DNA of 64,000 bases, from NCBI GenBank assembly GCA_024679065.1, contig JAGIQG010000037.1:14942001-15006000 (forward strand), written 5' to 3'. This document shows positions 1-11,600 of the stretch, in pieces. The notes beneath the pieces are model-generated. The model saw only the letters and a list, made by a program, of their open reading frames with translations, was not told the origin of the DNA and did no database searches. Source of the DNA: Sphyrna mokarran (taxonomy: Eukaryota). The position numbers and the translations under genes were made by a program. Each line of letters opens with the position of its first letter. The first letter of the stretch is position 1.

Positions 1-2754
1 GGAAGATAGGAAGGAGAGCAAAGTGGAGAGACAGAGAGATGGGGGAGTGGAGTGAATGAGCGGGAGGGAATGATTAAAGTGGGGGGGGTGTCGGAGAGAG
101 AAAGAAAGGGGAGGAAAACTGAGAATGCACAGGTTAGGTGGATTGGCCACGTTAAATTGTCCCTCATGGGCGGTACGGTGGTTAGCACTGCTGCCTCACA
201 GCGCCGGGTTCGATTCTGGCCTCGGGTGACCTTGTGAGGTTTGCACATTTCTGGGGAGATGATGCCCTACTGGTATTCGACCATTAATCCAGAAACTCAG
301 ATAATGTTTTGGGATCTGGGTTCAAATCCTGCCGCAGTAGATGGTGGAATTAAAGTTGGCTGGCACTGCGGCCTCACGCCGCCAGGGACCCGGGTTTGAT
401 TCCCGGTTTGGGTCACTGTCTGTGTGGAGCATGCACGTTCTCCCTGTGTCTGCGTGGGTTTCCTCCTGATGCTCCGGTTTCCTCCCACAGTCCGAAAGAC
501 GTGCCAGTTAGGGTGCATTGGCCGTGCTAAATTCTCCCTCAGTGTCAGCCCAAAAGGTGCCGTAGTGGGCAGTGAGGGGGATTTTCACAGTAACTTCATT
601 GCAGTGTTAATGTAAGCCTGTTGTGACACAAATAAGTAAACTGAAATGGGAGACTTCTTATTCAGAAACTGTGCTCTCCCTCATCCCCTCGTTCGAGATT
701 CCCTCCCTAAAAGTGGTCAACATTCTCCCAGCTTCCACTCTATCGAGCCCAACTCAGAATCTTAAAGTTTTTAAAGTTAAGTTTATTTATTGGGCTTACA
801 TTAACACTGTAATGAAGTTACTGTGAAAATCTCCTAGTCGCCACACTCTGGCGCCTGTTCGAGTAACACTGAGGGAGAATTTAGCACGGGCCAGTGCACC
901 CTAACCAACACGTCTTTCAGACTGTGGGAGGAAACCGGAGCACCCGGAGAAAACCCACGCAGACACGGGGAGAACACGCAGACAGTGACCCAATCGAATC
1001 CGGGGGTCCCTGGCGCTGTAGGGAAGCAGCGAATTTTATCTGTTTCAATAGAGTCCCCCCCCCACCACCCCCTGCTCATTCTTCCGAACTCCAGTGGGAA
1101 CTGATTCAACTGCTCCAACCTTTCCTGGGAAGTCAAATCCCTTTTGTCCTGGGATTCGGGCCAGTGAACCTTCTCCGAATGGCCCCCGTTGCGACGATGT
1201 CCCTCCTTAAGTAAGGAAACCCAAATTGTACGCAGTAGCCCGGGCACTACAGACACACCTACAGCTGTGGCAAGATTGTACACACGGCTGCGATTCTATC
1301 TGTCTACAAGATGCCCCGCGGCAACTCAGCAAGGCTCCTTCAGCAGTAACTTCCAAACCCACCATCTCTACCATCTAGAAGGACAAGGGGCAGCAGATAC
1401 CTGGGGAACACCCCCACCTACAAGTTCCCCTCCGAGCCACTCACCATCCCAACTTGGAAATGTGTCGCCATTCCCGCTCACTGGGTCAAAATCCTGGAAC
1501 TCCCTCCCTAATGGCGTGGTGGGGGTCAACCCAGAGCACGCGGCCTGCAACGATTCAAGAAGGCAGCTCACCTTCACCGTCTCAAGGGGCAGCTAGAGAT
1601 GGGCAATAAATGCCGTCCTAACCAGCGACCCCCCAACCAGGTCCCACGAATGAGTGGGAAAGAACAGCCAATTGTTGTAACAACCCACCCTGGTTCACCG
1701 ATGTCTCCTTTAGGGAAGGAAATCTGCCATTCTTACCCCGATCTGGCCTACTTGTGACTCCAGAGCCCACAGCTAACGTGGTTCACCCTCAATTGCCCTC
1801 TGAAATAGCGAACTCAGTTCAAGGACAACTCGGCACGTGCAATGAATGCTTGCCCGAGCAACAATGCCCGTGAATGAATATAGAAAATAGAAGCAGGAGT
1901 AGGCCATTCGGCCCTTTGAGCCTGCTCTACTGTTTGTTACAATCCATCAAATTCAATATCCTGATCATCCCCCTCTACCCCTTTTAGCCCCAAGAGCTTA
2001 TATCTAATTTCTTCTCGAAATCGGCCAACGTTTTGGCCACAACTACTCTGTGTGGGAGTGAATTCCACACGTTCGCCACCCTCTGGATGAAGACGCGTCT
2101 CCTCACCTCTGCCCTAAATGGTCTACCTCGAATCCTCAGACTGTTTCTGGACTCTCCCCGTCATTGAGAACACCCTTCCTGCATCTGCCTGTCTGGTCCT
2201 GTTAAAATATTACAGGATTCCATAATGCGGAAAATTGGGATTAGCTCAGGGGTTTTAAAAAAAAATGGGCGGCATGGACAATTTGGGCCGAAGGGCCTGT
2301 TTCCGGGCTGTAAACCTCTATGACTGTATAACAGCCCTCCCCCCACACCCCCCCTTCTTACAAACTGCAGGGAATGTAATCCCAACTGACTTCCCTACTT
2401 CATAATCAAGGCCAACATTCCAACTTTTTAACATATTCACTCATGGGGCACGGGTGTTGCTGGCTGGTTCCAGCATTTATTGCCCATCCCTAATTGCCCT
2501 TGGAGGGTGGTTGAGAGCCAACCACATTGGCTGTGGCTCTGGAGTCACATGTAGGCCAGACCGGGGTAAGGATGGGAGATTTCCTTCCCGAAAGGGAACC
2601 AGATGGGTTTTTCCGACAATGGGTCATCAGTAGATTCTTAATCCCAGATTTTCTTTATTGAATTCTGATTCGAACCCGGGTCCCCCAGAATATTAGCTGA
2701 GTTTATGGATTAATAGCCCAGTGATAATATCACCACGCCATCTCTTCCAAAACT

Positions 2755-3560
2755 TTCCCTTAGTGTCCAAAGATGTGGAGGTTAGGTGGATTGACCATGC
2801 TAAATTGCCCCTTAGTGTCCAAAGATGTGCAAGTGAGGTAGTTTGGCCATTGTAAATTGCCCCTTAGTGTCCAAAAATATGGGTTAGGTGGGTTGACCAT
2901 GCTAAATTCCCCTTAGTGTCCAAACATGTTTTGGGTAAGTAGATTGGCCATGCTAAATTGCCCCTTAGTGTCCAAAGATGTGCAAGTGAGGTAGATTGGC
3001 CATGGTAAATTGCCACTTAGTGTCCAAAGATGTGAAGGTTAGGTGGATTGACTGTGTTAAATTTCCCCTTAGTGTGCAAAGATGTGCAGGCTAGGTGGAT
3101 TGGCCATGCTAAATTGCCACTTAGTGCCCAAAGATGTGCAGGTTAGGTGGATTGGCCATGCTGAATTCCCCTTAATGTCCAAATATGTGTAGGTTAGGTA
3201 GATTGGCCATGATAAATTGTCCCTTAGTGCCGAAAGATGTGCAGGTTAGGTGGATTGGCCATGCTGAATTCCCCTTAATGTCCAAATATGTGTAGGTTAG
3301 GTGGATTGGCCATGGTAAATTGCCCCTTAGGGTCCAAATATGTGTGGGTTAGGTGGATTGGCCATGCTAAATTGCCACTTAGTGCCGAAAGATGTGCAGG
3401 TTAGGTGGATTGGCCATGCTGAATTCTCCTTAATGTCCAAATATGTGTAGGTTAGATAGATTGGCCATGGTAAGTTGCCACTTAGTGCCCAAAGATCTGT
3501 AGGTTAGATGGATTGGCCATGCTAAATTGCCCCTCAGTGTCCAAAGATACGTGGGTTAGG
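2755..3560 (+). repeat. 52-bp V-SINE-derived minisatellite array
   Basis: Unit tagtgtccaaagatgtgcaggttaggtggattggccatgctaaattgcccct. Other + arrays at about 12855-13465, 16785-17100, 37830-38590, 49360-50285 and 54720-55520. Confidence 0.95.
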
Positions 3561-3752
3561 TAATGAACTGGTGATATTATTGCTGGACTATTTCCAATTT
3601 ACTTGCTGTAGCTCAGTGCTGGCGTGTGAGCCTCCACACCCTCAAGACATGGAGTTGAGGGAATGGTCTTCAATTGGATACATGGTAGCGTTCTGCAGTG
3701 GGAGGTTTCGCTTTCTGAGCTGGTCTCTTTCTATATTTTTTTTGGTTTTTAG

Positions 3753-3883
3753 CCAATGCCATCTTGGAAATGTCGAAGGAGAAACCAGCGGAGCGCTCCC
3801 TGGATCGCCACGCCCTGCAGTTCACCGCTTCTGTGCAACGCGTGGAAATGGAACTGTCCAGTCAAATCCGCTATCTCACCCAG
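3753..3883 (+). CDS. MED11: Mediator subunit 11, internal coding exon (exon 2)
   Basis: Polypyrimidine ttttag acceptor (AG 3751-3752) and CAG|GTACAT donor. The 131-nt exon encodes (A)[43 protein letters not shown], matching recalled vertebrate MED11 ([41 protein letters not shown]). Confidence 0.95.
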
Positions 3884-4105
3884 GTACATCCAACATTCCC
3901 TGCTCACACTCCAACCTGTCCCATCACTGCCCCTTCCCCAATCTATCTATCCTTCTTCAGCCACCCCCTCTCCCCAGTTCTCTGGGACCCCAACAGTGCA
4001 GAACGAGACCATTCAGCCCATTCAGAACTTGTATCAGCAACTATCCCATACATGTCCTATCCCTGTAACCCCACTTATTCACCCTTGAAAATCTCCTGTC
4101 ACTAA

Positions 4106-4725
4106 ACGGCAATTTAGCATGGCCAATCTATCTGACCCACACATTTCTGGACACTAAGAAGCAATTTAGCATGGCCGATCTACCTAACCTGCACATCTTT
4201 GGACACTAAAGAGCAATTTAGCATGGCCAATCCACCCTAACCTGCACATCTTTGGACAATAAAGGGCAATTTAGCATGGCCAATCCACCCTAACCTGCAC
4301 ATCTTTGGACACTAAGGGGCAATTTAGCATGGCCAATCCCCCTAACCTGCACATCTTTGGACAATAAAGGGCAATTTAGCATGGCCAATCCACCTAACCT
4401 GCACATCTTTGGACACTAAGGGGCAATTAACATGGCCAATCCACCTAACCTGCACATCTTTGGACACTAAGGGACAATTTAGCATGGCCAATCCACCTAA
4501 CTACACATCTTTGGACACTAAGGGGCAATTTAGCATGGCCAATCCACTAACCTGCACATCTTTGGACACTAAGGGGCAATTTAACATGGCCAACCACCTA
4601 ACCTGCACATCTTTGGACACTAAGGGACAATTTAGCATGGCCAATCCACCTAACCTACACATCTTTGGACACTAAGGGGCAATTTAACATGGCCAATCCA
4701 CCTAACCTGCACATCTTTGGACAAT
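4106..4725 (-). repeat. 52-bp V-SINE-derived minisatellite array, reverse orientation
   Basis: Reverse complement of the same unit. Other - arrays at about 22425-22980, 45610-46005, 47475-48545 and 62910-63740. Confidence 0.95.
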
Positions 4726-4744
4726 AAACTTGGCTTGTATTTGT

Positions 4745-5755
4745 AGAGAGTTGTTTTTCAAACTGGAGGCCTGTGACCAGTGGTGTGCCTCAGGGATCGG
4801 TGCTGGGTTCACTGTTATTTGTCATTTCTATGAATGATTTGTTTTTAATATAGGAGGCATGGTTAGTAAGTTTGCGGATGACACCAAGGAAGTTATCTCC
4901 AACTGCAACGGGATTTTGATCAATTTTGCCAGTGGGCTGACGAATGGCAGATGGAGTTTAATTTCGATATATGCAAGGTGATGCATTTTGGTAGATTGAA
5001 TCAGTGCAGGACTTACTCAGTTAGTGGTAGGGCGTTGGGGAGAGTTACAGAACAAAGAGATTGAGGGGTACATGTTCACAGCTCCCTGAAAGTGGAGTCA
5101 CGGGTGGACAGAGTGGTGAAGAAGGTGTTCGGCATGCTTGGTTTCATTGATTAGAACATTGAATCCAGGAGTTGGGACGTCTTGTTGAAGTTGTACAAGA
5201 CATTGGTAAGGCCACACTTGGAATACTGTGTGCAATTTTAGTCACCCGATTATAGAAAGGATATTATTAAACTAGAAAGAGTGCAGAAAAGATTTACTAG
5301 GATGCTACTGGGACTTTGATGGATTGAGTTATAAGGAGAGGCTATATAGACTGGGACTTTTTTCTCTGGAGCGTAGGAGGCTGAGGGGTGATCTTATAGA
5401 AGTCTATAAAATAATGAGGGGTACAGATCAGCTAGAGAGTCAATATCTTTTCCCCAAAGGTAGGGGAGTCTAAAACTAGAGAGTATAGGTTTAAGGTGAG
5501 AGGGGAGAGATATAGAAGGATCCAGGGGGGCAATTTTTTCACACAGAGGGTGGTGAGTGTCTGGAATGAGCTGCCAGAGGCAGTAGTAGGGGCGGCTACA
5601 ATTTTATCTTTTAAGAAACATTCAGATTGTTACATGGGTAAGATGGGTATAGAGAGATATGGGCCAGACACGGGCAATTAGGATTAGCTTACGGATTTTA
5701 AAAAAAAAATTGGGCCGAAGGGCCTGTTTCTATGCTGTACACCTGTATGCCTCTG
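4745..5755 (+). mobile_element. CR1-clade LINE 3' fragment (degenerate reverse transcriptase plus 3' tail)
   Basis: Encodes [32 protein letters not shown] and FFTQRVVSVWNELP with stops and frameshifts. Confidence 0.9.
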
Positions 5756-6334
5756 TTCACCCTCCTGGTTTCAGAGAGACTGTTTTGCCGTCCCAAGCTG
5801 TCTTATCCAGGGCAGTGCTGAGGGGGTGCTGCACTGCCGGGGGTGCGGTCTTTCCAATGAGTCGTTGGTGGATGTCAAAGATCCCAAACTCCCCCTGCCC
5901 CCTCTCTGCCCCACTCTCCGCCCCTTGCCCCCACCCCTCCCGTGGTCGGTCTCCTCCCCTGGTCAGTATGCACCCTGGCTCCTCTGACCGAAAGCTGATG
6001 ATCTGCTCGTTGTCACGGTGCCGCTCTGGGATCTTGCTGTGCACCATCTGGCGAACGTGCGTTAGGGCGGGTTGATGATGCCGTTGGCTGTGAAGGGGTT
6101 TGGGGTGTCTCGGGGACGCCCCAAACTCAGTACAAATGGAAGCTCATTCAGTTTCCCATCTCTGTCCCTACCCCTCCTCTGTCCCCCCACCCCCCCCACC
6201 CCCCCCTCTGCCCCCTCCTCCGCCCCCCTCCTCCTCCCCTACCCTGTTCCATCCATCCATCCCCTTCCCATTCCTCCCCCCTTCCTCCCCACCCGTTCTG
6301 CCCCTTCCCCCTCCCTCCCCTCCCCACCCCACAG

Positions 6335-6475
6335 GTGGCCACTGGTCAACCGCACGAAGGCTCCAGCTATTCCTCCAGGAAGGATGCGCAGATGGCAGTG
6401 AACCGTGTGGAGTACAGTCACATCAAGGTGCGCGATCTCGCCAAGACCTGTGACCAGATGCTGGAGCAGCCCTGA
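6335..6475 (+). CDS. MED11: Mediator subunit 11, last coding exon (exon 3)
   Basis: cccacag acceptor, phase 0. Encodes [46 protein letters not shown], and [17 protein letters not shown] is the MED11 signature. In frame with the 3753-3883 exon. This reading frame is missing from the ORF track. Confidence 0.95.
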   Translation: MATGQPHEGSSYSSRKDAQMAVNRVEYSHIKVRDLAKTCDQMLEQP

Positions 6476-7008
6476 TGAGAGGGTGGGGGGGGTGGGGGGG
6501 GGGGGGGGGCAATAGGAGCTCGGGGTGGGAGGGGGAGGACATTGACTATTGTGTTTGAATCCTTCCCCCCTCTCTCCCTCTAGCACGCTTCCCAAGTCTG
6601 TGGGGGAGGAGGACGCACGTATGTGTGTGTGTGTGGGGGTGACGGGAATGGTCCATCTGTCCTCCCCCCCCCCCCCAGTTGCCGTTCTGTGAGACATGCT
6701 TCTTCGTGTCCAGTGACTGTGGGTGACCCGGGTGTGAGAATCACTCCTCCCCTCCTCCTCCCAGTCGGAATGGGGAAAAGAGTTTATTCCCAACTTGTTC
6801 CTGCCTTCTGGAGCAGGGAAGGTTCCCGGGGGGGTGGGGGGGGGGTGGGGTGGGGAGGAGGTTGTCATTCATCTTTTCAACCCCCTTCGCTCCCCCTCCC
6901 CCCCCACTCCCCCCTCCCCCCCCATTTTACCTGCTGACTGACCACCGGGGTAGACTGACCACTTGCATCTGCAGAGGGAGTGACCACTGGGGCAGTTTCT
7001 TGATCCCT

Positions 7009-7058
<50 letters not shown>

Positions 7059-7111
7059 CCTCTCTCTCTGTGTCTCTCTGTGTGTGTGTTATGTGTGTGT
7101 CTTGTGTGTGT

Positions 7112-7635
7112 NNNNNNNNNNNNNNNNNNNNNNNNNNNNNNNNNNNNNNNNNNNNNNNNNNNNNNNNNNNNNNNNNNNNNNNNNNNNNNNNNNNNNNNNN
7201 NNNNNNNNNNNNNNNNNNNNNNNNNNNNNNNNNNNNNNNNNNNNNNNNNNNNNNNNNNNNNNNNNNNNNNNNNNNNNNNNNNNNNNNNNNNNNNNNNNNN
7301 NNNNNNNNNNNNNNNNNNNNNNNNNNNNNNNNNNNNNNNNNNNNNNNNNNNNNNNNNNNNNNNNNNNNNNNNNNNNNNNNNNNNNNNNNNNNNNNNNNNN
7401 NNNNNNNNNNNNNNNNNNNNNNNNNNNNNNNNNNNNNNNNNNNNNNNNNNNNNNNNNNNNNNNNNNNNNNNNNNNNNNNNNNNNNNNNNNNNNNNNNNNN
7501 NNNNNNNNNNNNNNNNNNNNNNNNNNNNNNNNNNNNNNNNNNNNNNNNNNNNNNNNNNNNNNNNNNNNNNNNNNNNNNNNNNNNNNNNNNNNNNNNNNNN
7601 NNNNNNNNNNNNNNNNNNNNNNNNNNNNNNNNNNN
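7112..7635. other. Assembly gap (others: 11843-12003, 21186-21639, 53028-53416, 59561-59700, 60411-60562)
   Basis: Runs of N, all bordered by microsatellites. Confidence 1.
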
Positions 7636-7694
7636 CTCTCTTTTGCTCTTGATGAGGTGTTCTGGTGGGGATTGAAATGGAATTCCAAGATATA

Positions 7695-7700
7695 AATAAA
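7695..7700 (+). terminator. Candidate MED11 polyadenylation signal AATAAA
   Basis: First AATAAA seen after the MED11 stop (an N gap intervenes), followed by a GT-rich tract (gtgatgttgt). Confidence 0.45.
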
Positions 7701-8129
7701 ACCTGGGAATGTGATGTTGTTAAGTGAGGGATGTGACGTTGTGTGGGATGTTAAATTTTCTCTGTAGCTGTCTGCAATCTGGTGGTTTGTTGGCAGTTCT
7801 TTCCGGATATCGGAGCTGCCTTTTTTTCTGGTGTTTTGCGATTGTCCTGTATTTGGTTTCTGTACCTGAAGGAGGGAAGGGGGGATTTCAAATCTCCCCC
7901 TCTTCCCTCCTGAATTAAACAGGACTCAAGCATGTCTCTCGATTTCTGTGCCTTTGTATCAACCTCCAATTCCTGCCACTGCAAGAGGCTCTGTGGGAAA
8001 GACGGCGCTGAACCGATGGGCTGAATGGCCTCCCTCTGCCTTGTAGGGATTCTTCTACGATGGACGGGGACACCTTCGAGCTTCCCGGGATCCCAAGCTG
8101 TGGAATTCCCTCTCTGGGGTAGTAAGAAG

Positions 8130-8940
8130 CCTAGTCAGAAGTCTCACAACACCAGATTAAAGTCCAACCGGTTTATTTGATAGTAAATCCCACAAGCTTT
8201 TGGAAACGGTGTTCCTTCGTCAGGTACGTGGAAGGTTCTGGTCGGAGAAAGGACGTATAAAGATGCACACAGTTTACAGGATACTGATTCGAATGCGGGT
8301 CTTCGCGGCTAATCCACTGTACTTAAAGATGCCGATAACGTGAGTGGAGATAGCAAGAAGTCTCGCAATAAAGCCCAACAGGTTTTATCTGATAGTAAAC
8401 CCACAAGCTTTCGGAAACGCTGTTCCTTTTCCAGGTGTGGAAGGTTCTTTTACGCGCTTGACGGAGGAACACCGTTTCTGAAAGCTTGTGGGTTTACTGT
8501 CAAATAAAACCCATTGGGGCTTTAACCTGGTGTTGTGAGACTTCTTGCTGTGTGTTTACTTCAGTCCAACGCCACATTGTAACTAGGATGGAGATAGCAT
8601 CAGGCACGGGTTAAAGGGATGTCTCCAGACAGGACAGTTAGTGAGATGTTGCAAGTCCAGGCAAGTCATGAGGGTTACAGATAGTGTGACACGAACCCAA
8701 CTTCCCACTGATACTGTCCTTGTGTGTGCGGAACTTGGCTATCGGTCTCTGCTCAGCGACTCTGCGCCATCGTGAAGGCCCCCCCTTGGAGAACGTTTAC
8801 CCAAAGTTCAGTGACCGATTGCCCACGACCGCTGCAATGTTCCCCCACAAGAAGGGAACACTGGTGAGTGCCGAGCGCTGTTCATTCATCTGTTGGGGAG
8901 ACCATGCAGATTGCACCACAATGTACCATGCATTGCACAC
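8130..8940 (-). mobile_element. Penelope-like remnant: GIY-YIG C-terminus plus three pLTR-like copies, one inverted
   Basis: 8710-8900 (-) resembles the RVAEQR.IAKFRTH.D end of the 41 kb element. 8135-8225 and 8458-8548 are inverted copies. A second partial copy lies at 9345-9600. Confidence 0.7.
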
Positions 8941-9817
8941 ACGCGATGGGTCGTGAGAGGGCTGCTCTTGGATTTTTTTCGAGAGTATCCTAGTGCTTCA
9001 TGTCGTAAATGTACGCTTGACCTGGACCGTTTGACGGGCAACACGACAGCTCAGTGACTATCACTGTGCTGTGCAGATTTGGGCCTGTGTCTGTGGGAGT
9101 TTGCACATTCTCCCCGTGCTTGCGTGGGTTTTCTCCGGGCGCTCCGGTTTCCTCCCACATCCCAAAGATGTGCTCTTAGGCTGATTGGCAAAACAAATTC
9201 TCCCTAAATTGTCTCAAATTTGATTTTTAATCCACGGATCTATAAACATGGACAGGGATCGCGGGTAGAGGTGGGAACATCGGGGTGGCGGTGCGGGCTC
9301 GTCGGGCCTGTTTCCCGTGCTGTTAGTCTTTAGATGTGTATTGTCTTCAGACAGGACAGTTAGTGAGGTTTTGCAAGTCCAGGCAAGTCGTCGGGGGGTT
9401 ACAGATAGTGTGACATGAACCCAAGATCCTGGTTGAGTCTGTCCTCATTGTGTTCAGAACTTGACTATCAGTTTCTGCTCAGTGACTCGAGTGTTTGTGT
9501 GTATGAAAGCTGCCTCGGAGAAAAGTCAGAGACCGATTGCCGGTGACCACGGAAGTCTTTGCCAATAGGAAGGACACATTCCCTGTCCTGTGACGGTGGA
9601 GTGACCACAACTGACCAGTGCGTCTTTCAGATTCTTCGAGGTGCTCAGGGTCAAGATTCAGTTTCGAGTCCTTGGGTCTCACGGTGGGGTGGAGCAAAAG
9701 TGGGGGGGATGTAATTTGCAGTGTCTGGCCGGGTTGGAGGTGCCCCCCCCGCCCCGGGTCTGAACGTTCAGATTGGGGTCGGTGATGCAATTGGGTTCGT
9801 GGTTAAATCTGCAGCTG

Positions 9818-10420
9818 TCCGTCCGCTCCGCACGTCGACCCCATTATCCGTCCACTCCGCACGTCGACCCCATTATCCGTCCACTCCGCACGTCGACCCC
9901 ATTATCCGTCCACTCCGCACGTCGACCCCATTATCCGTCCACTCCGCACGTCGACCCCATTATCCATCCACTCCGCACATCGACCCCATTACCCGTCCAC
10001 ACATCGACCCCATTATCCGTCCACACATCGACCCCGTTATCCGTCCACACATCGACCCCATTACCCGTCCACACATCGACCCCATTATCCTCCACTCCGC
10101 ACATCGACCCCATTATCCGTCCGCACATCGACCCCGTTATCCGTCCGCACATCGACCCCATTACCCGTCCGCACATCGACCCCATTACCCGTCCGCACAT
10201 CGACCCCATTACCCGTCCACACATCGACCCCGTTATCCGTCCACACACCGACCCCGTTATCCGTCCACACACCGACCCCATTATCCGTCCACACACCGAC
10301 CCCATTATCCGTCCACTGCGCACATCAACCCCATTATCCGTCCACACACCGACCCCATTATCCGTCCACTCACCGATCCCATTTTCCGTCCACACATCGA
10401 CCCCATTATCCGTCCACTCC
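9818..10420. repeat. CpG-rich 29/24-bp minisatellite
   Basis: Unit ccgtccactccgcacgtcgaccccattat (29 bp) decaying to ccgtccacacatcgaccccattat (24 bp). Explains ORFs 9721-10755 and 9773-10474. Confidence 0.92.
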
Positions 10421-10725
10421 TCTTATCGGCCTCCAGCCGCGGCTCTCGTCCGCCATCTGGCGCCCACCGGCTGAATGGCGGCTCTGGTGTTGAAGCGGCT
10501 GCGGGTTCCGCGCTTCCCCCCAGATTGGGGTCGGTGAGGGGTGTTTGGGGTGAGATTTGCAGCCGGTGGCCGGGTTGGAGGTGCCTTTCCCCCGGGGTGG
10601 GGGTTCAGATTGGTCTCGGTGAGGTCGCGAGTCCCGGGCGGAGCTTCCATTCACCGCCGTACGGCCGGTGGGCGCTAGATGGCGGACGAGAGCCGCGGCT
10701 GGAGGCCAATACACGGAGTGGACGG
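10410..10725. repeat. Inverted repeat: 44-bp core arms 10428-10471 and 10664-10707, one mismatch
   Basis: ggcctccagccgcggctctcgtccgccatctggcgcccaccggc versus its reverse complement; arms extend imperfectly on both sides. Confidence 0.9.
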
Positions 10726-10734
10726 GTCGAGCGG

Positions 10735-11600
10735 CCAACACCAATGCAGCAGTAGCCCCGTGCCAGTCAATGTTAGCAACGCCAATGCAGCGTGGGGAAC
10801 GCGACAGCAATGCAGCAACAGTGCATTGCAGCCTGTAGGTGTGTGTATCTGCGGCCCGGTGCAGCATTGCAGCAGACTTTTGCAACAGCAGTGCAGCGGG
10901 GCGGGGGGTGGAATGCAGCAACACCAATGACAATGTGCATCTGCCCCAGTGCAGCAAGCGTGTGCAGCAGCACCACTGCAGTAACCCTGTGCCGGTCGCG
11001 GGTAGAAGCGCAAAGGCAAATGCACCATTGCAGTAGCTATTTACAACACGGCAGCTTTTGGCGGCACCAGTGCGGCACAATGAATGCAGGAGCGATGCAG
11101 CAATCCTACGTCAGACACTGGCTGCAGCAGCACCAATGGAGCACCCCCTTTGTGTTCCAACAGCATCAATGCAGCACCAATGCATTTGCAGCATAGCGTC
11201 ACCAATGCACAAAGCCTTGCAATGCAGTTGAAACAATGCAGCAGGGAAAATAGCAGCACCAATGAATGCTATTTGTGATCCAGCATCATGCAGCAGCAGG
11301 AATGCAGCAGCACTAATGCCACAAACGCAGCTGCAGCACAATAGCATCTATGCACCCAAACTCTGTCAATGCAGCAGGGAAAAGCAGCAGCACCAATGCA
11401 GCAGCTCTGTGTCAGCCACTGGGAACACTACCACCGATGCAGTTGCAATGTTGCAGAACCAATGCAGCGTCAAATAGCGACAGCAGTGTAGCACCAATGC
11501 AACTGTAGTGCCACAGCACCATTGCAGCTAAGCTCTGAAAATGCAGTGCAGCAGCCTGTGCTGGTCCCTGGGAGTACCATCACCAATGCAGCGAAACCTA
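10735..11600. repeat. Degenerate GCAGCACCAATGCA-type low-complexity repeat
   Basis: Recurrent caccaatgcagcag motifs, which produce the Cys/Gln/Ala-rich ORFs on both strands. Confidence 0.7.

Noticed and set aside
165-360. tRNA-like A/B boxes as tRNA genes (here and at many other sites)
   Set aside because: They are heads of tRNA-derived SINEs followed by V or Deu bodies.
1-3752. MED11 exon 1
   Set aside because: No MATxxLANERL-like sequence was found. The region is SINE/LINE-filled, so exon 1 is probably upstream of the window.
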